Positions 1 to 14,260 of a stretch of DNA of 64,000 bases are shown here, piece by piece. The translations under genes were made by a program, and so were the position numbers. Each line of letters starts with the position of its first letter. Within the stretch, counting starts at the first letter, position 1. The notes under the pieces were generated by a model. That model saw only the letters and a program-made list of their open reading frames with translations, had not been told where the DNA came from and did not search any database. The DNA comes from Vicugna vicugna (taxonomy: Eukaryota), in contig MU057984.1 in assembly GCA_013265495.1 (NCBI GenBank), positions 551,597-615,596 on the forward strand, in the 5' to 3' direction.

Positions 1-886
1 GTCCATATCTTTGAGCCCCTATGCAGGACAACTGCACAGTGCTGAAAGGACAACAGGGGCCCAAGGAACTTGACTGAACCAAGACCACAGTCCATACAAA
101 GCCCTTCCATCAATTTCTGCAAAAACTGGAAGCTCTAAAGAGTTCTCAAAATTGTCTCCTGCCCATTCTCAATAAGACTGGCTCAAGTCTAGACTTCTGT
201 GTAGATCCTAAAGTTATAGACATGCAAATCAAATGGAGAACAATTTTGTTTCCCTATTCTGTTGGTACTCTCATCAACTAAGGAAGAATGTCACATAGCT
301 CTCTCCAAGTTCACTATGCCTAGAGCTCAATCCATTGCCCTTAGGAACTATAATTATGCCTTCTTGATTTTTTCACCCACTTTTTAATTGACTCTAAATG
401 TAAATTTTAGATGAAGTAGTCTAACATTTGCATCACATGTTTAACTCCAAAATGTATTGTTCAATTCCTATTATCAAATAATGGCCATAAAAGGCATATT
501 TTAGCAAACTGGAAGTGGTTTTTAGCCAAAATTTTCAACTACACATGATTATGTAGTTACTTTAAGGTTGGACAAATAAAAGAACAAGAGACTTTTACCT
601 AATAGCAATTGAAAAGATAAAAGTATCTTACATATATTGTTTTTTAATATGGAGGCTTCATGGAGAATATTCATTATATATCATGGATGAAATGTGTGTG
701 TTCATCTTTGTTCAGGTTTCCAAGGCAGCATAGTTGGCAGGACTTCTGTATAAAAAAGTAGGCATTCTGACTGGAATAATTTATTATAAATAAGGCTCAA
801 TTTTATTCCTCATTATAATAAATGATGAACTTGAAAGTTAAGCAGACATCCTAATGTCCACTGCAGACTTGCCATTCTTCTACTCT

Positions 887-928
887 GAATTAACTATATA
901 ATTAATTGAATTAACTATATAATTAATT
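887..928. repeat. Perfect 21-bp tandem duplication
   Basis: gaattaactatataattaatt occurs at 887-907 and 908-928. Confidence 0.95.
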
Positions 929-979
929 ATATAAAAGAAAAAATGTAACTCCTATCAATTGAGTATAAATTTTGCCATG

Positions 980-1500
980 TGAACTACACATCAGAAGTCC
1001 TACTTTATACCCAGCTACTGCAAAGTCTACTAGTGGGTAGAGTTTCTGAGCACTAAGGAAAGGGTAACATTGAAGAGGTAAGCAAAATGATCCCCAGTAG
1101 AATATTTCGATATTTACTTCTGAACATGTTTAAGGGACTGAAAAAGTTGGTGACAAAGGGAAAAAGAAAAAACAGTGGATATTATTCTGATGATTTAAAA
1201 TCTTAAAAAGTTCGAATCATTTTTTGGAAAGAATTATGAATGAAATCCAGAAAAACCTATTACAGTGGCTAGAGTACTGACTTAGAAACAGGAGTTACTG
1301 AAAAAAGATACACAAAACTTTTCTAAGCACAAGAGCATTAAAAGTGTGGAAAGCATCGTGTTTATAATATTCAACTTGAAAGCAAGTAGTATGCAATGAA
1401 ATTCACTAAGATTGCATTCATTTAAAAGTTCTTCCAGATTATAAAAAGCCATGCCAATAAGAATAAACTGATGAGACTAATGCCTGGATAGAGCAGAAAA
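980..1500 (+). mobile_element. Ancient CR1/L3-type LINE RT remnant
   Basis: Colinear degenerate motifs aactacaca, ctgagcactaagg, gtggatattatt, tgacttagaaacagg and cttccagattataaaaagccatgcc resemble the recalled CR1_Mam/L3 consensus. Confidence 0.5.
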
Positions 1501-1659
1501 GCATGAATTAGAGGGCAGTAACATAAACCAACAGAAAGATAACCCATTATTTTCACAAGGCATACAGTGAATGACAGAAAGCCACCTAGTGATCCAGGTC
1601 AAAGGATGTAAGTTTCTTTACTGTTAGTAATGAGTGTGTCTTACTACACACAGACATCA

Positions 1660-2112
1660 TTGCAGAGATTGCTAATTGTGCCTCAGTATTCATTTTCTTC
1701 TTCTTCCATGGTAGAATTTATATATATACATATATGCTGTACAGATTAAGACTACATTTTCTACATTTTACAGCCTCCTCTGCTGCTGGATATGGCCATG
1801 CATATAAGTTCTGAGTATGAGTAGAACTGATGTGTGCCACTTCTAAATTGTACCCTTAAAGTGGTGCCTTAAAATTGGATGTGATGCTTCTTCCTCTCAT
1901 CCTGCTTTTCTGGCTTACTGTAAACACGGCTGTGGTTCATCCGATCACTATAAGGTAGACAGAGTAAGAAGACAGAAGGAGCCTGGGCACTGACAGGAGA
2001 GCAAAGCCACCAACCCAGCTGGGATTTTTATTTGAGAGACAATTAAAATTAAATATTGTTTAATCCACTTCTGATTTGAGTCCCTTTAGAACAACTGCAG
2101 CTAATCAATACA
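1660..2112 (+). mobile_element. MaLR solo LTR, MLT1J-like
   Basis: tgcagagattgctaattgtg start, gactacatttt..cagcctcc..tggccatg core, tgtttaatccact..aataca end. Confidence 0.7.
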
Positions 2113-2619
2113 GACAACAACACAGGGCAGGAACTCAAAAGGACATGTTCCCATGAAGAGGACCAGTTTCAGTAACACTACCCTATTAGATTGAGCGTTG
2201 TAACTTTCGCAAAATCTTGTTTTTAGTCATCTGAAACTCCTGCCAACCCTTCCCATCTCCAAACTGCTGTGGTGATTCTGCCTTTGCCCCTCATGCTCAG
2301 TGGGCACAAATACTGGTGGCAGATAATACCTTTGCTTTCTGAGTAATTACAGGTTCCTGAGTGAAGCAATGGATTAAAAGTCAATTACCCAGTATAATAT
2401 TTCTCTGCAGGACAGGCTTCACTTGACAGTAACAGGATAGTCACTTCTGCATTATCTTACCCTCCTTCAAGACCATCTCCCATCTTGTGTGAAATGATGT
2501 TGATCAATCTCAAGAAAGAGTCAGCAGAGTTGGAAAACGATGTCCAAAAGAATCAAGGAGAAGACAATCCAAAATAAAATAATCTAAAATCAGGACTTTC
2601 CAATATGAAGGGTTAGGAA

Positions 2620-3140
2620 AAAAATGGGCTGAATTTTATAATTTTTTTTGCTTTTTAATACTTTTCACTTTATGGCTTCAGGGTGTTAAAAGTATCCTTA
2701 TTTGTTCTTAGGAAGAACTTCTTTACGTCAAGCTTATACAAAATTTCTTCCATGGTTTCTTACAGTGCTTTTACTGTTTTGTTTGCAACATTTACATCTT
2801 ACATCCATATGAAATTTGTCCTGGCATAAAAGTGAAATATTGATCCAAATTACCCCAACATAATTTATTAAATAATTCACAAAAAGAATTTCAGAACATG
2901 GTTCCTCAAAAGTTTTACTCAGTGCTGGGTTAGCTACACTTAACAAGTGGACATAAATTCTCTTCATAGCACTTTCCTTTATTCTTTTCTTTGGGAATTT
3001 TTTGTTGAGATTCAAAATTTCTGTCAAATACACTATCACTTTCATAGATTGATTTATCTATTTTTCTCTCTCCCATTTGTATTCATAATGGCATTTCTCT
3101 GTTATGGTTTATTATCCAGGAAATTTCTTGAAATTTTTTA
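2620..3140 (-). mobile_element. Old L1 (L1ME-like) ORF2 remnant
   Basis: Antisense L1 motifs (tttacatcttacatccatatgaaattt, ccccaacataatttatt, tttgttgagattc). Confidence 0.55.
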
Positions 3141-3899
3141 TTATTACTAATTATTATTTTAATTCCTTTTTACTCTGTTTTCATGGTTTCAATATACCCT
3201 GCATTTTCCCCCATTCTGTCTGTCCTACATTTTCAATTCCATTTTCCTCATTTCTCCCTCTAAGTTTATACTTTTGCTGAAGTAAAAAATTGCCACTTCT
3301 TATTATCCTTTTATTTGAGTTCAGAATTTGGTGAACCATGTAACACTAGTGTTTTAGACAGGGCTAGTCTCATAGTGTAGGCTTTGTATCAAATTTTATT
3401 GGGCAGTAAGATATTGATGTTTATTGAGTTATAAACTGCAACCACCATCAAATTAGGACCTGATAAATGTGACTAGTTGATGGCTGAACTCAATGTGAAA
3501 AAAAGGCTCAAAGTGGTGATTATGAAAGGTATTGTTCATCAAATGATTCAACACTCTATCATTCCTCAATTCATTTATATCTCTGTATGTACTTTATTTC
3601 CTGTTTGACCCCAGTGAATTTCAAAACTCCATTGGTATTACTTATTTGAAATAGAATAAAAAATCTGTTTCCAAGGGGCTTGTGAGACTGGTGAAATGAA
3701 TGAGACAATTTAAAAACCCATTCTGTAACCAAAGGGGAGGAAAAACCTGTAAAACAGGTAATGAAAAAAATCTTTCAATTACACGTTCTAAAAGAAATAA
3801 GTATCTGTGTATATATAATGTGATATATTCATTTTCAGTATGCTTTCCTTATCTATAAGTTTGTAAGTAGCCGATTTTTGATAATAAAGAGCAAGTCTT

Positions 3900-4064
3900 G
3901 GGGTGAGGGTATAGCTCAAAGTGGTAGAGTGCATGCTTAGCATGCACAAGGTCCCTGGTTCAATTCCCAGTACCTCCTCTTAAAAAAGTAAATAAATAAA
4001 TAAACTTAATTACCAAGCGCCCCCCAAAAAACCCTAACAACGAACAAACAAACAAAAAAACCCC
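3900..4064 (+). mobile_element. Camelid-type tRNA-derived SINE (Vic-1-like)
   Basis: gggtatagctca..gtggtagag A box, ggttcaattccc B box, aataaa-rich tail; approximate TSD agcaagtctt/agcaaatctt. Confidence 0.9.
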
Positions 4065-6100
4065 AGCAAATCTTTGAAAGGATGCTGATCTTTAGAGACT
4101 TAAGTATATCAGGAATTCCAGCAATTCTAGCCTTGGGGCAGGCATGGGGAGGTGGGGGTGGGAAAAGGAAAGTTTTGCTCCTGTGTAATAGTTGGAGAAA
4201 ATGTAACTTGTAGTGTATCTAATTCCATCATATAAGTTAATGTTGGATAAATTACCTTTTCAACCTGTAAGCATATAGCAGAAATTCTCTCCTCTGGCCC
4301 CCCTCCATACAGGAGCCTTTCAAAGTGTTCTTATTTTGTCTCTTCCTCCTCATCTCCCCAACCCTCCCACTCTCCCTTCTCCTCATTCCTCTTTCTTTTT
4401 CAGCTTAACCTTCAATAATCTCTCTTGCAACCAGATTTACAAGTAGTTTTCACAAATGACTGACATTTCTTTTATATCAATAAGATGAAAAAGAAAAAAA
4501 GAAATTATGATACCAAGACTTTAGTGATGTAACATGAAGGGATGCTGTGATACTTAAGTAGAATAATTTTAAAATTTCTGATAATAAAGAGAAAAGCTTC
4601 TGGAAAAAGAGAAAAACAAAGAGAAAAACTTCTGGGTTCAGAAACTTCAAAATTTAGTTCTCAATTTCCAGTGTTCAAGAGAAGTATGTGTCTGTGTGTT
4701 GCATGTACACATGTACACACCCAAAGAAAATGAGAATGGGGGAAAGAGAAAATTGAATTCCAACTGACAAGAATGTTTTATTCAGACTATCACACCGCAA
4801 AGCGACTTACAGATATTATTTTCGATGTGTGCCACGATATGAAAACAGATTGGAGAGCCTCTCTGTAGGGAATTTCTGAACCAGTGAAGTAGTCCTTCAA
4901 ACTGGGATGTTAATTTCTTTATTTAGTGATGGGAATTAGGTGGATCTGATCCTCCGAAAATGGAATTTTCCCCTATAATCTATCCTTTCCCTGAAAATTT
5001 TTGTTCATTCTTGGGAAATGTGTGTGTGCTTATGCAAGAATCTGATTAGAGGAGATAAAGATATTTGAGTAGTACATCTGAAGTACATCTCAAAGTATGG
5101 TTTGCGGAAGTGTGTCAGTCCATGAATGCTTTGTTCCCGGTCCATGACTAGTACAGAAATTGAAAGGAAGAGTTTAGACACATTAATAACAATTTGATAT
5201 TTTTAGGCCTTATATTCTTTGTCCTTATTATGAAGAAAATCTTCTGGCAAGGTATTTCATGAGATCTGCCACAGGACATCATGATCACAACTGCTGATGT
5301 TCCACACATGGTTTCATTTAAAGTCAAATAAACCAGATTTTTGGATATGCATTGTTGATTGTTGTGGGTGACCCGGTCAACCGATGAATGGGCCAAGCCA
5401 CATCCTGGGGAAAAGCGAGATGTCATTAATCATTTACAATCCTGGTATAGAGGAAGAGATGAATTCTGACAGCAGAGAGGAAAGAATTTACACCTTTCTG
5501 CAGGGCCAAAGAGCAGACAGACCAGCACTCCCATATGGGTGAGGCCGATTGGAGAATCCCAGGTTTGAGAACTAAGCTAGCACCCTAGGTGAGGCCTGAT
5601 GGAATGAGGCTGAAGCTGAAGAAAAGGTCAGGATCTTTAGGCCCTAAAAGTGGCTTCTTGAAGAAAACAGAAAGGCAATCTCCCGTAAAAGTAAGTCCTC
5701 AGTAGAGTCTAGTTAAAAACACAGACTGGATCTCCCTTGTGCTGCTGAAAATTAATTAATTTGGAGCTAAACTTCAGTCTTCACATACTCATAGGGAGTT
5801 CATTGTAACTGGCATCCATTCTGATTGATTGATAACCTTTCCATACTAGAAGTAAGGTCTTTAGAGTAGGTACAGCACAGACCAGCTCTTCTCTCTTGAA
5901 GAGTATCCTCAACCTTGACAGGAAGAATGGAACAAGACCTTAGGAAAAGAAACAGACTGTGTTGGAGCATAGGAGGCAGTATGCTTGTCAATTCTGAGAA
6001 ACAGCCAGAGAAGAGATATTTTTATGGGAAATTGTCAGGTTAGGTTCTTACTCCACATTCAACTAGTGGCTATGTTCTGGGAATCGGGTTCTTTTCAGGG

Positions 6101-6101
6101 T

Positions 6102-6132
<31 letters not shown>
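6101..6132. repeat. (TG)n microsatellite
   Basis: Near-perfect TG run. Confidence 0.95.
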
Positions 6133-6133
<1 letters not shown>

Positions 6134-6764
6134 ACATACATGTGCACTAAAATAACTATGATACAAATTTTCACTGGTTGCATTGGTTCCATTATTCTTT
6201 AAGAAGACGATATATGTCATGTCATAGCTCTTTAGCTAATGATTCTTCTGAGATTCCAGGCCTCCCTTCCTTCACCCCTTTTGTCCCTTTAGGGAATTTT
6301 TCAGCCACAAACATAAACTTAAAGGCCTATAGAATCGGAGTCTTCTCAGATCCTAAATTCACATCTTGAGAATAAGTAAGGTAATTATCCACAACATTTT
6401 ACTAAGTGTGATTTCAATGGACCGAAAGAGTCCATTGTATTGGGAGGACATGGAAGAGAGGTCACTACATTCTTTTCATTCTTATTTAATAAGATGTTTC
6501 AGATGGAAGCAATTAGTTGAAGAAATTAGTGCTCTTAGCAAATCATTTATAAATATATTACAAATGCAATCTACGTAAGTGGGAAATATATACTATCTCT
6601 TATGAAGGCTAGAACCCTATGAAAGCCAGCTTCTCCAATTGGAATTTGACCCCAAGTTGCAGGTGAGTAATGGGAAAAGCACTTAACTGGGAGGTTCTAA
6701 TAACTGACCGTATGCCCTAATAATTGCTACCTCTTAGTTAATGATATTTTAATTTTTTTCATTT

Positions 6765-7017
6765 GACAAATATTTATATGGTACGTACTGTGCATCACAG
6801 ACATTTATTAAAGTGCTTTATAAACAGTAATTCTTTTAATCTTCCATAAAACTCTATGGAAGTACTATTATTATTCCTCTATTACAGAAGAGGAAACTGA
6901 GGCACAAAGAGGTTAAATCATTGCTCCAGGTCACACTGCTAGTAAGTAAAAAGCTAGGATTTGTAGCTGGATGGTACGACTCTACAGTTTGTTCTCCATA
7001 ATCACTGTATTATGCTG
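6765..7017 (-). mobile_element. MIR SINE
   Basis: Core attacagaagaggaaactgaggcacaaagaggttaaatca..ggtcacac. Confidence 0.9.
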
Positions 7018-8744
7018 ACCATCATAGGATAACCACCATGAAAGAGTAGAGAAAAAGCATCCAGTGCTCTATCATGTTATGTAGGTAGCTAGCCACTCAG
7101 CCTATGAATAAAACCAGTTGGAGAGATCAACATACTCTCATACATTACAAACACATATACTATAGTATGCATTCATTATATGTTCTTAAGTATATTCTCA
7201 GTAAATTTATCAATGTATAGTCTTTATATATACTTATATATTAAAATATATATTATACTACTCTTGATCACTTAACATGATTATAACAGCCATTTTTCCT
7301 ACTTAGATATTTTAAGGTTTTAATATATTAAAGCTCAAGCCCACTAAAGTATGGTCAGAAATAGTGCTCAAATCTTGCTGACCTTTTTCTACATTTCCCG
7401 GTCTTGCATTACATGTTATATCATGTCTTATTGTGCTGGACAGAGGGCACAAAATGTAATACATGCAATTTTTGACCACTATGATATAGAAGAGGCTTCC
7501 TTGATGCTTGCTAAGATAACATATTATAATAAAGGTAGACATATACTGTATACTTACAAAATGACTTTTAACATGCGTAACCTAAGCCATTTCTGTATTT
7601 TATACACACAAATCCAGGATAAGAATTTATCTTCCCTTCTTTAACCACTCTTGAATGAAATATTTGTCTGCCTGTACCATGACCCAACCAGGTGAAAGTT
7701 ATGAAAGCCCTTGGAATTTAGCCCCACTCAGTCCCTGAGCAAAAGTAGCCAATATTGTTATTTGCTTACCCAATAGTTATTCATCGATAACAAACTCTTT
7801 CATTGCTAAATTTTTATTTGTTAAAAAAGGAATTAGATGAAGAGTTGCTTGGAGATAAAGTTCCCACCCTATTAAATGACTGATGATTGGTCATAGACTG
7901 TGCAACTCTGACAATTTTATTCTTTAGTTCATCAATTTTCCAGTCTACCTTGCATCAGGCTCGACTTGTAAGATCAATTTGAATAATATCATTTAAGAGT
8001 AAGTCTGGAAGAAGTACAGAGGCCTCTGGGAAAGTTTTGCTTATGAAAGGGCCAATACAAATTTAAATTTTAAACAAAATCTAAATAAAATAAAATTTAA
8101 AATAAATTCAAATTAAATTTTTATCTAATTCCCTACCCCACCTTCAAATGTTACCATTGGGATATCTGGACAAAGTGTACATGAGATCTTAAAGAAACTC
8201 ACTGTGTTTGTTCACAATACTTTGTATGGCAAGAGTCACACTTCCACTCAAAATTCTGAATCCTTCCATTTTTGTTTGGCACTTAAAGGGAGATTTACTT
8301 CGTGTATAGGAGTGTAATTCAGGCAGACAGTGAGAAGAACATATAAAACCCTGCAGAGACAGCACACCCTGCAAGAATTCGCTCACTAAATTTGTGCCAG
8401 TGAGGCAGATTGATGATCTGGTATCTAGTCATTTCAGATGTCCTTTCCTATATTTATTGCTAGCTGTAAGTTGTCTGTTGTTTTCCCGTGGAAATGTAAA
8501 TAGCCAGTGGGTGCTCTCTTGGCTGACCTGTGTAGCAGGAAAGTGTGAAATCAGCAACAAAGGACTTGATTTATTTCTTGTTGTAACACTTTTTTCCTAT
8601 GCCGCATCAGGTTTGGGTACAATCAAAAGTGCTGGTGGACAACTACAGTTGTATTTGGTCCTGTGGCTGGAATGGCTTGTTTAGTCTAAGTTGGTCAAGC
8701 CCCTCATTTCCTTGTGGGCCACTCCCATGTCTTCTGGGCCAGTA

Positions 8745-8875
8745 TACAGCACTGTACTTCCTTTTATGGTAGCCACTAGCCACATGCGACTATCTAAATG
8801 AAAGCTTAAATGAATTACAATTACAAATGTAGTTCCTCTATTGTAATTGCCGTATTTTAAGAGCTATCTAACTAG
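8745..8875. mobile_element. hAT-Charlie MITE fragment, MER3/MER33-like
   Basis: atggtagccactagccacatgcgacta motif. Confidence 0.65.
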
Positions 8876-10240
8876 AAATAAGTGTTCTAATACTTTGTTT
8901 CTATGTTATAAGAACAAACTATTTCCAAAAGATTCTATAACAAGAATCTGTAGGGATTGACAGTGGTATGACCAGTTCACATTAAATGAAAACTCGTGTA
9001 GGCAATACACTTGACTGAAACTCAAAGAATTATCTTCATGTTATTTAGCTCTTCATTTTACTTAAAAACATTTCAGGCTGTTAGCATGGAATTTATGAGT
9101 CTACACAATACTAGGTATATGTATCTCTGCAACCATCAATGCTTGTCATATCTTGGAGGCTTAGGTGTGTCAGCTGTACTATTATTCTTCCTTTTCCCAC
9201 TCCTGAAATATTTGTCATTTTTTCTCATTTTCCTCCTCCTACATTTAGACTCTGACCAAGGAACCATGGAGGAAGAGTTACAGAGTTGATTTTTTAAACT
9301 TAATTCTGACATAATCTAACAGTGTTAGGTTTAAATAAAATTAACATATGCACAAGAAAATCAAGTCAGTTACCAGAATGGTGAGTTTAGTAAGTGATAT
9401 TGACATTTGGGGCTACACTTCCTCTCTAGTCCTGCGGTATCACCACATAGGAGCCAGAGAAGGAGAAAGAATATTTACCTTCATCTTTTCCCCAGTGTCA
9501 GGACAGATTAATAGGCTTTGCTTATTCTGACTGTGTAATTCCTCAATTATTCATTCTTCTCTATCTAAGGAGCTTGGAGAGAGGGAGGAAATTTCCAGTT
9601 ATAATTTGTGAATTGAGATCAATTCATATTTTAAATAAACTATTTCTCTGTTAGAGATGAATACTTAAATTTTCCAGAAGCATACTCAATATTGATTTTT
9701 TCATAGGTATCACTGGTTTATGTTTGCTCTTTGATGTTGGTAAGATTTTCTTGTAAATTAGATATGCCACTAATTTTTAAGATTTGGTATTTCAAAAATA
9801 ATTTAAATACATTTTTTTCAATTAATAATCCATTATTTCAACTACAGAGTAAAAGAATTAATATTCGGTGACTTAAAATGTAATATAATACTTATTAATT
9901 TTGTTTTAAATACATGCCTTGATTAAAAAAAAAAGTACAACACTAAAGAAAGAAAAATTTTATCTATTCAAAATCCTACCCTCTAATATAACCATTTGAA
10001 TTTCTTCATTTTACCTCAATCTTTTTCTGCTAATCACTTGAAATAGTAGTTAATAGCCTATACATTTATTTGTATGTATGTTTGTTTACCTAATATTGGT
10101 TTAAAAGTATTTTCTCTACAATCATCAGTTTTAATCATTTCAGTTGATGCATAAGACCCATCAGTTTGCTATGCTAGTATATTCTGTATCTTAGGATTTT
10201 TATAAATTCATTCTTTTATTTTTAATTTTCTTAATATAAT

Positions 10241-10761
10241 TATATTAGTCAGCTTGCAATATGTCTCCCAATAATCCTCACCTCCCAATATTCATGCCTT
10301 TATGTAGTCCCTTCCAATACTGACTAGAGCAAACCTGTGACCCATGGGATAATGTGGATGTGATACTGGGACTTTCAAGGCTAGGTCATAAAAGGCATTG
10401 CAGCTTTTCCTTGTGCTCTTGGATTGCTCACTGTGGGAGAAGCTGGCAGGTATATACTGAGGACACATAAGCAGCCCTGTGGAGAATCCTATGAGAAGAG
10501 GAACTAAGGTCTTTTTCTAGGAGCCAACAATATCTTCCCAGCCATGTGAGTGAGTCACCTTGGAATCTGATATTTTAGTCTGAGTCAAGCCTTCACAAGA
10601 CTGCAACTCTGTTGCCTGAGTCCTCACTGAACCCATGTAGGTGATTCAAAGCCAGAAGTGATCATGTAGGCCACCTCCAATTTTCTGATTCACAGTAACT
10701 ATGATAGATAGTAAATGATTATTTGGGGATTATTTGTTATGCAGCAATATCTAACTAATAA
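10241..10761 (+). mobile_element. MaLR solo LTR, MLT1F-like
   Basis: cctcacctcccaatattcatgcctttatgtagtccc near the start, ggctaggtcataaaagg, end ttgttatgcagcaatatctaactaata. Confidence 0.85.
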
Positions 10762-10769
10762 AAATATTT

Positions 10770-12190
10770 TAATTACAGATAATATGAAATACATCTTTTG
10801 TTAATGGACAAAAGTGTTTTCTATATTATGTATTACTGGCATTTAAAAAATAGATTTGTTACTTCATCTAAATGCAAAGTTATATGAAAAAATGCATGGG
10901 AGAAAGCAAACAAATATCATGGACATTATATATCATGCCTAAATGTAATCACTATCAGCATTCTGAACTTTTTCTAAACATATATAAATATACATATTTT
11001 TATAAAAATATGTACATAGCCTAATACCGTTTAAATTTTTTTTTCCTTAACAATATATAGTGGTCATCTTTGGACTATACATACATATTTAAATCATCAT
11101 TTTGATGTTTCTATATTACTCTGTTTTATAGATATATCCTAATATATTTTGCCAATTCTCTCTTTGGACATGTAGCTTGTCTCCATCTGTTCAGCGTTAT
11201 ACTAATATCACAAACAGTAGGGTTTTTTGACATTTATTTTCATACTTGTCTATATGTTTTTCTTATAATTACTTTCTTAGAACTTAAGAGAAAAATTATA
11301 TGCACACACATCTATAATGGTGAGAAACACTGAAACCTATTCTTATGGAGGCTGTGGGGTGGGAATCTAGCAATACTTGTTCCTTAAACTTTCTGTGATA
11401 CCCAAGCACTATTTATTAAATAACATTCAGTGACTACAGTGATTTAAAATAACTCTTTTATAATACACTAAATCCTCTTATGTACTTAACTCTTTGTGCA
11501 GAATCTGAATTGTATGCTTTTGGTCTATTATTACATTTAAATCCCAGTGTTTCAATTTTGTGTTTTGAATCACAGCAACTTTGGACTACTCTGCACTATT
11601 TGGTACAAAAATTCTTACCTCAAAGACATCTGTTACACAGATTCCTTGACTCTTTTCACTCTTTTAATTATCTAGATGAAACAGATAAACTATAGAATAT
11701 TTTTTCCTGTTTCAAGAAAAAGGGCTTTTTATGATTTTGGATTGGGATGACCTTACGCATGTATAAGTTTGGGAAAACTGATATATTTAAAATATTGAAT
11801 TTTTCCTTTCAAGAAATAGCATGTTTTGTCATTTAAGTTTACCTGTATATGCGTAAGTGTTAATGATAATATTTTTTCATTATGCCTTTTAATTAGTTAT
11901 TCCTAGTCCGAAAGACAGCTTAGCTTTATTTATTTCACTTTTGTCTTGCCTCTGGATCCCTTACTGAACTTCTCTGATTAGTTCCAGTTATTCTTCAAGG
12001 TTTTCTAAGTAAACAGTTTATAAATCTCATATAACAGTTATCCTATGGTAACTGAGAAATGTTTCTTCTTCTCCTTCTTCTTATTTGCCTTTCTTATGGT
12101 TAGAATATCCAGAATCCCTGTGTTGATGTTAGGCATCCTGATCTTACTCCTTCCTATAAGTAAATACTTACAGTGTTTTAGAATTACTGT
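10770..12190 (-). mobile_element. Fragmented old L1 (L1ME-like)
   Basis: T-rich antisense L1 3'UTR/ORF2 motifs (ggacatgtagcttgtctcca, attgggatgacctta, ggcatcctgatcttactcct). Confidence 0.5.
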
Positions 12191-12249
12191 GCCAATTGAA
12201 GAAACATAGGGCAAACTCAAAAGGAGTAATTTTTCACAGCTGAGCTAAT

Positions 12250-12520
12250 TTACCACTGTCTGAATCCCTACCTCCTCATCTCTCATTCCACCCTCTGCAT
12301 CACTCTCCTCAAACTACTCTTGAAAAAGTCACCAAGGGCATATCCAGTAGACACTTTCCAGTCTTTTCTGCTAATGGAATTTACTGTAGTATTTAACATC
12401 AATGACTTTCTATGATTTGTAAATAGCCTCTGACCTTGGCTTCCCCTACACCCCTTTCTCCTGTAATCCTCCTATTTCTTTGCATTCCTCAAGGCTAATC
12501 TTCCATTTATCCTACAGAAG
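12250..12520 (+). mobile_element. L2 fragment
   Basis: aaactactcttgaaaaagtcaccaa..gtagtatttaaca..ccttggcttcc. Confidence 0.6.
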
Positions 12521-13351
12521 ACAGGTCTCTCTTCTCTTTGAGAGATGCTCTCTCTCAGAATTTTCTTATCCACTGACAAGTTTCTGGAACTGATCCTATA
12601 AGGTATAGGATCCACCTCTGGATCCTATATGATAGCTTCCACCTCTGAATATGTTCAAAGAACACTACAGGTAAAAATAAAGTCTGTAGCCTGTGGTCCC
12701 TTTCATCACATGCACCTCCAAGCCTGGATTGTTGGCTCTTGCCCATGGGTTTTGTGATGAATCCTTTAGGAAGCCCAAGGCTGGGGCTCAAGATGGTCAG
12801 TTTCATATGGATTTCATATGGCCAGTTGTTTTCATTTCTAGTTTCTGGTTCCCATTCTTTGTCAGTCAGTGCTCAAACTTTCACTTGAGGAATGTGGTAA
12901 GCCTGTGACTTTAACTGCCATTGAAATTCAATAACCTACACACTGAAATTGTGCATGTGATTTTCAGCAGCATCAGCCCTGTAACTATAAAAAGAGCTTC
13001 TTTTAGGACTGACAAGGAAACATCATTTTCTCTTTGTGAGCACTCAAGTGAACTTAAAAGAATCTATCCCATATCATAGTCCCTTCAGATGTCATTACTG
13101 CATAATAATCAAGTGCAGCAGCCACTTGGGCTCCCAAAGCACAAGTTTCATTTGGCATTTCATCACAATCAACTACAAACTAAAAGCCTGATTAATTGTG
13201 AGGTCACTGCATGCTGTTTTACTAGCATCCCGTTTCCCATTGGCAAGGAGTACAGCACTGTACCCAAGCTGAAAGGCATGGCCAAACCAAAATCTTATCT
13301 TTGAGAATCTATCTCCTAGGACCACCACCAAGTACCAACTGTGTATCAGTC

Positions 13352-14066
13352 TGGATCTAAGAGAAAGAAACAAGACAGTAATTTGAACAGGGAAAGATTA
13401 ACATATAGAATCATTAACATTATATGGTATTGGCACAACGATGGATTGGCTAATAAAAAGGAAAGATAACTTAAGAATATAGACATAGCACGTATAAGCA
13501 GCAGCCACTATGCTAAGACTAAGACAGCACACCAGGGAGTTGCTTCTCCCCCTGGGGCTGAGATCCAGATCTTCCTGGAGAGGGCACAGACATGGGTCAC
13601 TGAATGGCAGAGAATCTGTTGTGGTATACCACACTGGCAGAAACACTTGCTGGCAAGCTTCCCGCTGAGGTGAGGAGAAAAGTAGTTTATGGGTTAGTGT
13701 CTCATCAGAGACACTGCTACAAAACTGCTGGGGGTTAGGGGTGGGGTGTGGGAGAGGGTGCCAGGGGAAGCTACCTGCTGCTGGCCACCACACACTGCAA
13801 GAACTGGGCACTGAAGAAACTGACTGTGCTGCCAAAGCCTCATGTTGGAGAAAGCCAAGTGAGTTGTGGGACCCAGAGAACCTAGCACAGTGGAACCAGA
13901 AAGCAAAACGCTTCCTCCTGCAGTATATTTCTAGCACCCTATATTGACAAAGATTCTGTGTCAGCTGGCAAAGGAAAAATATTTAAGGAGCCCAGGTTTA
14001 TTTTCACAGAGCAGTCTAAAATGGTGTATTTCGAACTGAGAGTCAATAAAACAGATCATAGGCACC
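13352..14066 (-). mobile_element. ERVL solo LTR, LTR41-like
   Basis: Reverse complement reads ttattgactctcagttcgaaatacacc..cctttgccagctg..gtcaatatagggtgctag; other end acagtaatttgaacagggaaag. Confidence 0.8.
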
Positions 14067-14119
14067 AGAATATATAACATAGAAAGAATTAGATTTAGTC
14101 CCAGAAAACTATTTAAACT

Positions 14120-14260
14120 CTTGGAGTTTCAATTTCCTCATCTTCACTAGGGAGGTATCACTTATCTAACAGGTTTGTTGTGAGGATTAGATATATTTTA
14201 TCCAAAACAATTATTAGAGAACTTAGCATATATTAGGGGGCTGAATATATAGTGTTGATC
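14120..14260 (+). mobile_element. MIR fragment
   Basis: tcaatttcctcatc..acaggtttgttgtgaggattaga. Confidence 0.7.

Noticed and set aside
3900..3975. tRNA-like sequences here and at 14654, 38596, 51428 and 63413
   Set aside because: SINE heads with a shared tail, TSDs and mutated stems; not tRNA genes
5330..5785. Purine-rich block ending tcaca, possible ancient LTR (similar impression at 1-295 and 57580-57925)
   Set aside because: Could not define both termini, a TSD or a family from sequence alone
13398..13947. 179-aa ORF and overlapping ORFs
   Set aside because: They lie inside an LTR41-like element and show no recognisable domain
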